In this document: in pieces, positions 30,501 to 32,608 of the stretch
How the letters are laid out: every line of letters begins with the position of its first letter
Numbering within the stretch: the stretch's first letter is position 1
Source: Polyangiaceae bacterium
GTDB lineage: Bacteria; Myxococcota_A; Polyangia; Polyangiales; Polyangiaceae
Length of the DNA: 32,608 bases
Assembly (NCBI GenBank): GCA_033763455.1
Contig: JANRKO010000030.1
Span: forward strand, 1-32,608
Direction: 5' to 3'
Made by a program: the position numbers and the translations under genes
Notes under the pieces: generated by a model
Told to the model about the DNA's origin: nothing
What the model saw: the letters and a program-made list of their open reading frames with translations, nothing else
The model's database searches: none

Positions 30501-32203
30501 AGCTCATCCCAGCGGCCGGGCAGGGCGGCTACCGTTCCCGCGAGCTCGAAGCGGAAGCTGTGGCTGCCACTTTGCTCCGCGGGCACTTGGAGCTATCCGG
30601 GCCTGTGCTGCTGTCGGATATCACCGAGCTGCTCGGGCTTGCGCCCAGCTGGGTGCCAATTGCCGTGGCACTTCTGGAGCGCGAAGGCAGCGTGCTTACT
30701 GGGGAGTTTGATCCGCGGCTTTCTGGCCCGCAAATCTGTTCTCGCCGTTTGCTCAGCCGCATTCACGCCTACACGCGCGACAGTCAACGGCGCGAGATAG
30801 AACCTGTAACGGCGCAAGATTTCATGCGTTTTCTGCTAGAATGGCAGCATGTGGCACCCGGAACTGAGCTTCTGGGAACAAGCGGAGTGCTTTCGGCCGT
30901 GGCTCAGCTACAAGGCTTCGAGACAGCCGTGGGTGCGTGGGAGCCCGCGCTTCTGGCCCAACGCGTTAAGAATTACGCCCCCCATTACCTCGATGCAGCA
31001 GCGCTTGCCGGGGATGTCGTCTGGGGGCGGCTCAGCGTACGGCGCCTAGCCTCGATACGCGGCGCGAACCTATCCCGCGCCACACCGATCACGTTGGCTC
31101 TACGGGCTGATCTACCATGGCTCCTTTCAGCCGTTCGCCACCAGCAAGTTGCGGCCACGGTGATCACCGGTGAGCTCCCGCGCATTCTCGCATGTTTGGC
31201 CGAACACGGAGCACTCTTCAAAGACGAGCTTTCGCGAGTGAGCGGGCTCCTCCCATCCCAGCTGCAAGACGCACTCTGGGACGGCGTGGCGCGCGGAGCG
31301 TTAACCGCAGACGGCTTCGCAGCCCTGCGCGATCTCTCTGCCGCCAGGCACCACTTTCGCCCCGAACGAGGCCCCTTTCGACGCTCAGGCCTTCGCCAAG
31401 GAATGTCCGCCATCCTGGGACGCCAAGGCCCCGGCATCTCTGGGATTTCTGGCCGCGAAGGACGGTGGACGCTCTTCGGAGGCACGACACCTTTGCGGCC
31501 CACCCAGCACAATTCGCTTCCTCACAATTCGCTTCCTCATCACACCGCCGCCCTCGACGCGGAGCAAGCAGACGCGCTCGCTGAGGCCGTGGCCGATCAG
31601 TTGCTGGCCCGGTACGGTGTCGTGTTCCGCGATCTCATAGCGCGCGAATCTTTCTCCATCCCCTGGCGAGACGTGCTGTGGGCCTTCCGGCGCTTGGAGG
31701 CCCGCGGTCAAGTTCGTGGCGGGCGTTTCGTCACAGGTTTCGTCGGCGAACAGTATGCGTTGCCGGAAGCTGTCACAGCGCTGCGCAACATTCGGCGGCG
31801 CGAACGCGACGGCACCATCGTGCGCGTATCATCGTGCGATCCCCTCAATTTGGTCGGCATAATAACTCCAGGCGCTCGCGTTATTCCCGCGCGAAATCGA
31901 ACCATCACCTATCGCGATGGCCTGCCCGTTTCTCTCCCACTCACCACCGAAGCTCGACCGATAGAAGATCCACCGACTAGACGCTATCGATTCGAACATC
32001 GACACATCAAAGATCACCGAATCGAAACTCAACATTCCGGGATCTCGGAAGCTCAGCACCCCAACACCCAGCACTCGGAAGCTCAGCACCCCAACACCCA
32101 GCACTCGGAAGCTCAGCACCCCAACACCCAGCACTCGGAACCTCGCCTTCTTCGGCCGGTGCGTTCGGCAGCGAACTCAGCTGGCCGGCGGCGCCGCCGA
32201 TAG
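27554..32203 (+). CDS. lhr: Lhr-family ATP-dependent helicase, long form with C-terminal extension
   Basis: APTGSGKT, SPLKAL, TTPES, DEIH, SAT, HHGSLS, SLELGLD, QRVGRSGH, LDILAQ and GG.IP; C-terminal LLARYGVV and GRFV.GF.GEQYA. Confidence 0.93.
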   Translation: MPDPTLTASESVSALHPAVKLWFERRFPHGPTLPQAEGWPKVAAGVDTLIAAPTGSGKTLTGFLICIDRLYRQHEAGTLAEPRTQVVYVSPLKALTVDIHKNLELPLLEIAETARELGFSPPEIRVLARSGDTPQKDRARMLTHPPHFLITTPESLYLLVTSERSRELLRDVNTVIVDEIHAVARDKRGSHLALTLARLAHVCHTPPQFIGLSATQKPLDVIARLLVGTEARAVKTAIVNVGHQRALDLAIDIPDSELEAVASHEQIAEVLDKIAAEVKSRRTTLIFVNTRRLSERLAHLLAERLGPERVAAHHGSLSKERRLAIEDRLRAGELSALVATASLELGLDVGPVELVCQIGSPRSIATFLQRVGRSGHSRFGTPVGRLYPLTRDELVECVALMRAVRGGRLDAIRPPVCPLDILAQHIIAECACEEWDEEALFQLVRSASPFASLTREVYESILELVTEGVITGRGTRADYVKRDRIHKKLTGRRGARLAALTSGGAIPENADYRVVADPDDTFVGTINEDFAIESMAGDVFLLGSTSWRIRRVERGIVRVVDAQGASPTIPFWLGEAPARSFELSAEVSALRTRVTELLELGAASGRTWLKPLCPELMAECGISEKVALAVLEYLSAVHAALGCLPTQKDLVFERFFDDTGGMQLVLHSPLGGRINRALGLLLRKRFCRSFDFELQAAASDDSILLSLGPQHSFPLEDLRDSLNPAGIDEALRQAVLATPMFGVRWRWNLNRFLLVLRFRGGKRNPPPLQRMEADDMMAAIFPSLAACQDNATGPRIIPSHPVVDQTLGDCMTEAMDLEGLRHTLEAIRAGTVRVHFRDTTEPSPLSHEILNSRPYTFLDDAPLEERRARAVQLRKGLPLHARELSSLDPAAIDRVKDEALPAPQNAEELHDWLESVVLLRENSEYSGLFSTLQERDRAHLVELRTVEGADGAVGAHGTKPVSGRFWCAAENADWVLKLEPTAQLIPAAGQGGYRSRELEAEAVAATLLRGHLELSGPVLLSDITELLGLAPSWVPIAVALLEREGSVLTGEFDPRLSGPQICSRRLLSRIHAYTRDSQRREIEPVTAQDFMRFLLEWQHVAPGTELLGTSGVLSAVAQLQGFETAVGAWEPALLAQRVKNYAPHYLDAAALAGDVVWGRLSVRRLASIRGANLSRATPITLALRADLPWLLSAVRHQQVAATVITGELPRILACLAEHGALFKDELSRVSGLLPSQLQDALWDGVARGALTADGFAALRDLSAARHHFRPERGPFRRSGLRQGMSAILGRQGPGISGISGREGRWTLFGGTTPLRPTQHNSLPHNSLPHHTAALDAEQADALAEAVADQLLARYGVVFRDLIARESFSIPWRDVLWAFRRLEARGQVRGGRFVTGFVGEQYALPEAVTALRNIRRRERDGTIVRVSSCDPLNLVGIITPGARVIPARNRTITYRDGLPVSLPLTTEARPIEDPPTRRYRFEHRHIKDHRIETQHSGISEAQHPNTQHSEAQHPNTQHSEAQHPNTQHSEPRLLRPVRSAANSAGRRRRR
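31508..31539 (+). repeat. 15-bp perfect tandem duplication (HNSLP x2)
   Basis: cacaattcgcttcct at 31508 and 31523. Confidence 0.9.
32044..32140 (+). repeat. 30-bp perfect tandem repeat x3.2 (SEAQHPNTQH)
   Basis: ctcggaagctcagcaccccaacacccagca at 32044, 32074, 32104 and a partial at 32134. Confidence 0.95.
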
Positions 32204-32226
32204 AACCCTCCCTCCGCGCGCGTGGT

Positions 32227-32478
32227 CAGATACTTCGCATGACAAGCACCTCCTACGCGAAGAAGCACTCGCGCCTCCTCATGGCCACTTCGAACCAAAT
32301 GGCCACTTCGAGCCAAATGGCCACTTCGAGCCAAACGACCGCCACGCTCGCGTCAAATCAATTACTTCGTATGACAAGATCAGGGCTCGTCGCGGCACCT
32401 CTCCGGCCGGGCGTATCTTTCCCGCTCGCCAAACCCCTACCCGTAATCGCAGGTGCTTGCCCAGATACTTCGCATGAC
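32227..32478. repeat. Three spaced copies of TACTTCG(C/T)ATGAC
   Basis: Copies at 32231, 32363 and 32466. Copies 1 and 3 share 17 identical bp (cagatacttcgcatgac). Confidence 0.9.
32281..32334. repeat. 18-bp tandem repeat x3
   Basis: atggccacttcga(a/g)ccaa at 32281, 32299 and 32317. Confidence 0.95.
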
Positions 32479-32608
32479 CTCACCTATCAACGCAGTGAGG
32501 GCGGAAAAGTTACAGCGTGGAAATAATCGTGATGGGGGCGAGAGTTATTTAACTTCTTGATTGTGTTGAGGATCTGGCTGTGATCAAAGGATCAGATGTC
32601 AGAAGCTA

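Noticed and set aside
32044..32334. 30-bp and 18-bp repeats as a CRISPR array
   Set aside because: The units are contiguous with no unique spacers, so they are simple VNTRs.
32231..32490. A complete dif or loxP site
   Set aside because: Only half-site resemblance; no XerD arm or inverted second arm 6-8 bp away.
32239..32526. 95-aa + ORF (MATSSQ repeats)
   Set aside because: No SD or domain, and it stays open partly because of the in-frame VNTR. Not supported as a CDS, though not excluded.

Overview
Chromosomal window of about 60% GC (estimated by eye). The gene content suggests a myxobacterium, probably Polyangiaceae-like; this is an inference from Cys-rich lipoproteins, a Cys-rich/ferritin-like lipoprotein, a DUF1592/DUF1552 pair and a poly-HAMP hybrid kinase. 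In order it holds: two tandem hairpins at the left edge; a 1031-aa unknown lipoprotein plus a small Lys/Ala-rich protein; kefF-kefC; a DUF2214-cytochrome c fusion; three lipoproteins, two Cys-rich; two VOC-fold genes; a translationally coupled pair of hybrid histidine kinases, one with about 14 HAMP repeat units; a Cys-rich ferritin-like lipoprotein; a DUF1592/DUF1552 operon divergent from an AraC regulator; a lipoprotein; a long Lhr helicase; and a repeat-structured stretch at the right edge. I found no transposase, integrase, CRISPR array, tRNA or rRNA. The best leads are the DUF2214-cyt c fusion, the secreted diiron lipoprotein, the three-copy motif with inverted repeats after lhr, and the double hairpin at 9-142. 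I cannot demonstrate a complete novel system from sequence alone. All family calls come from motif recognition, not database searches.
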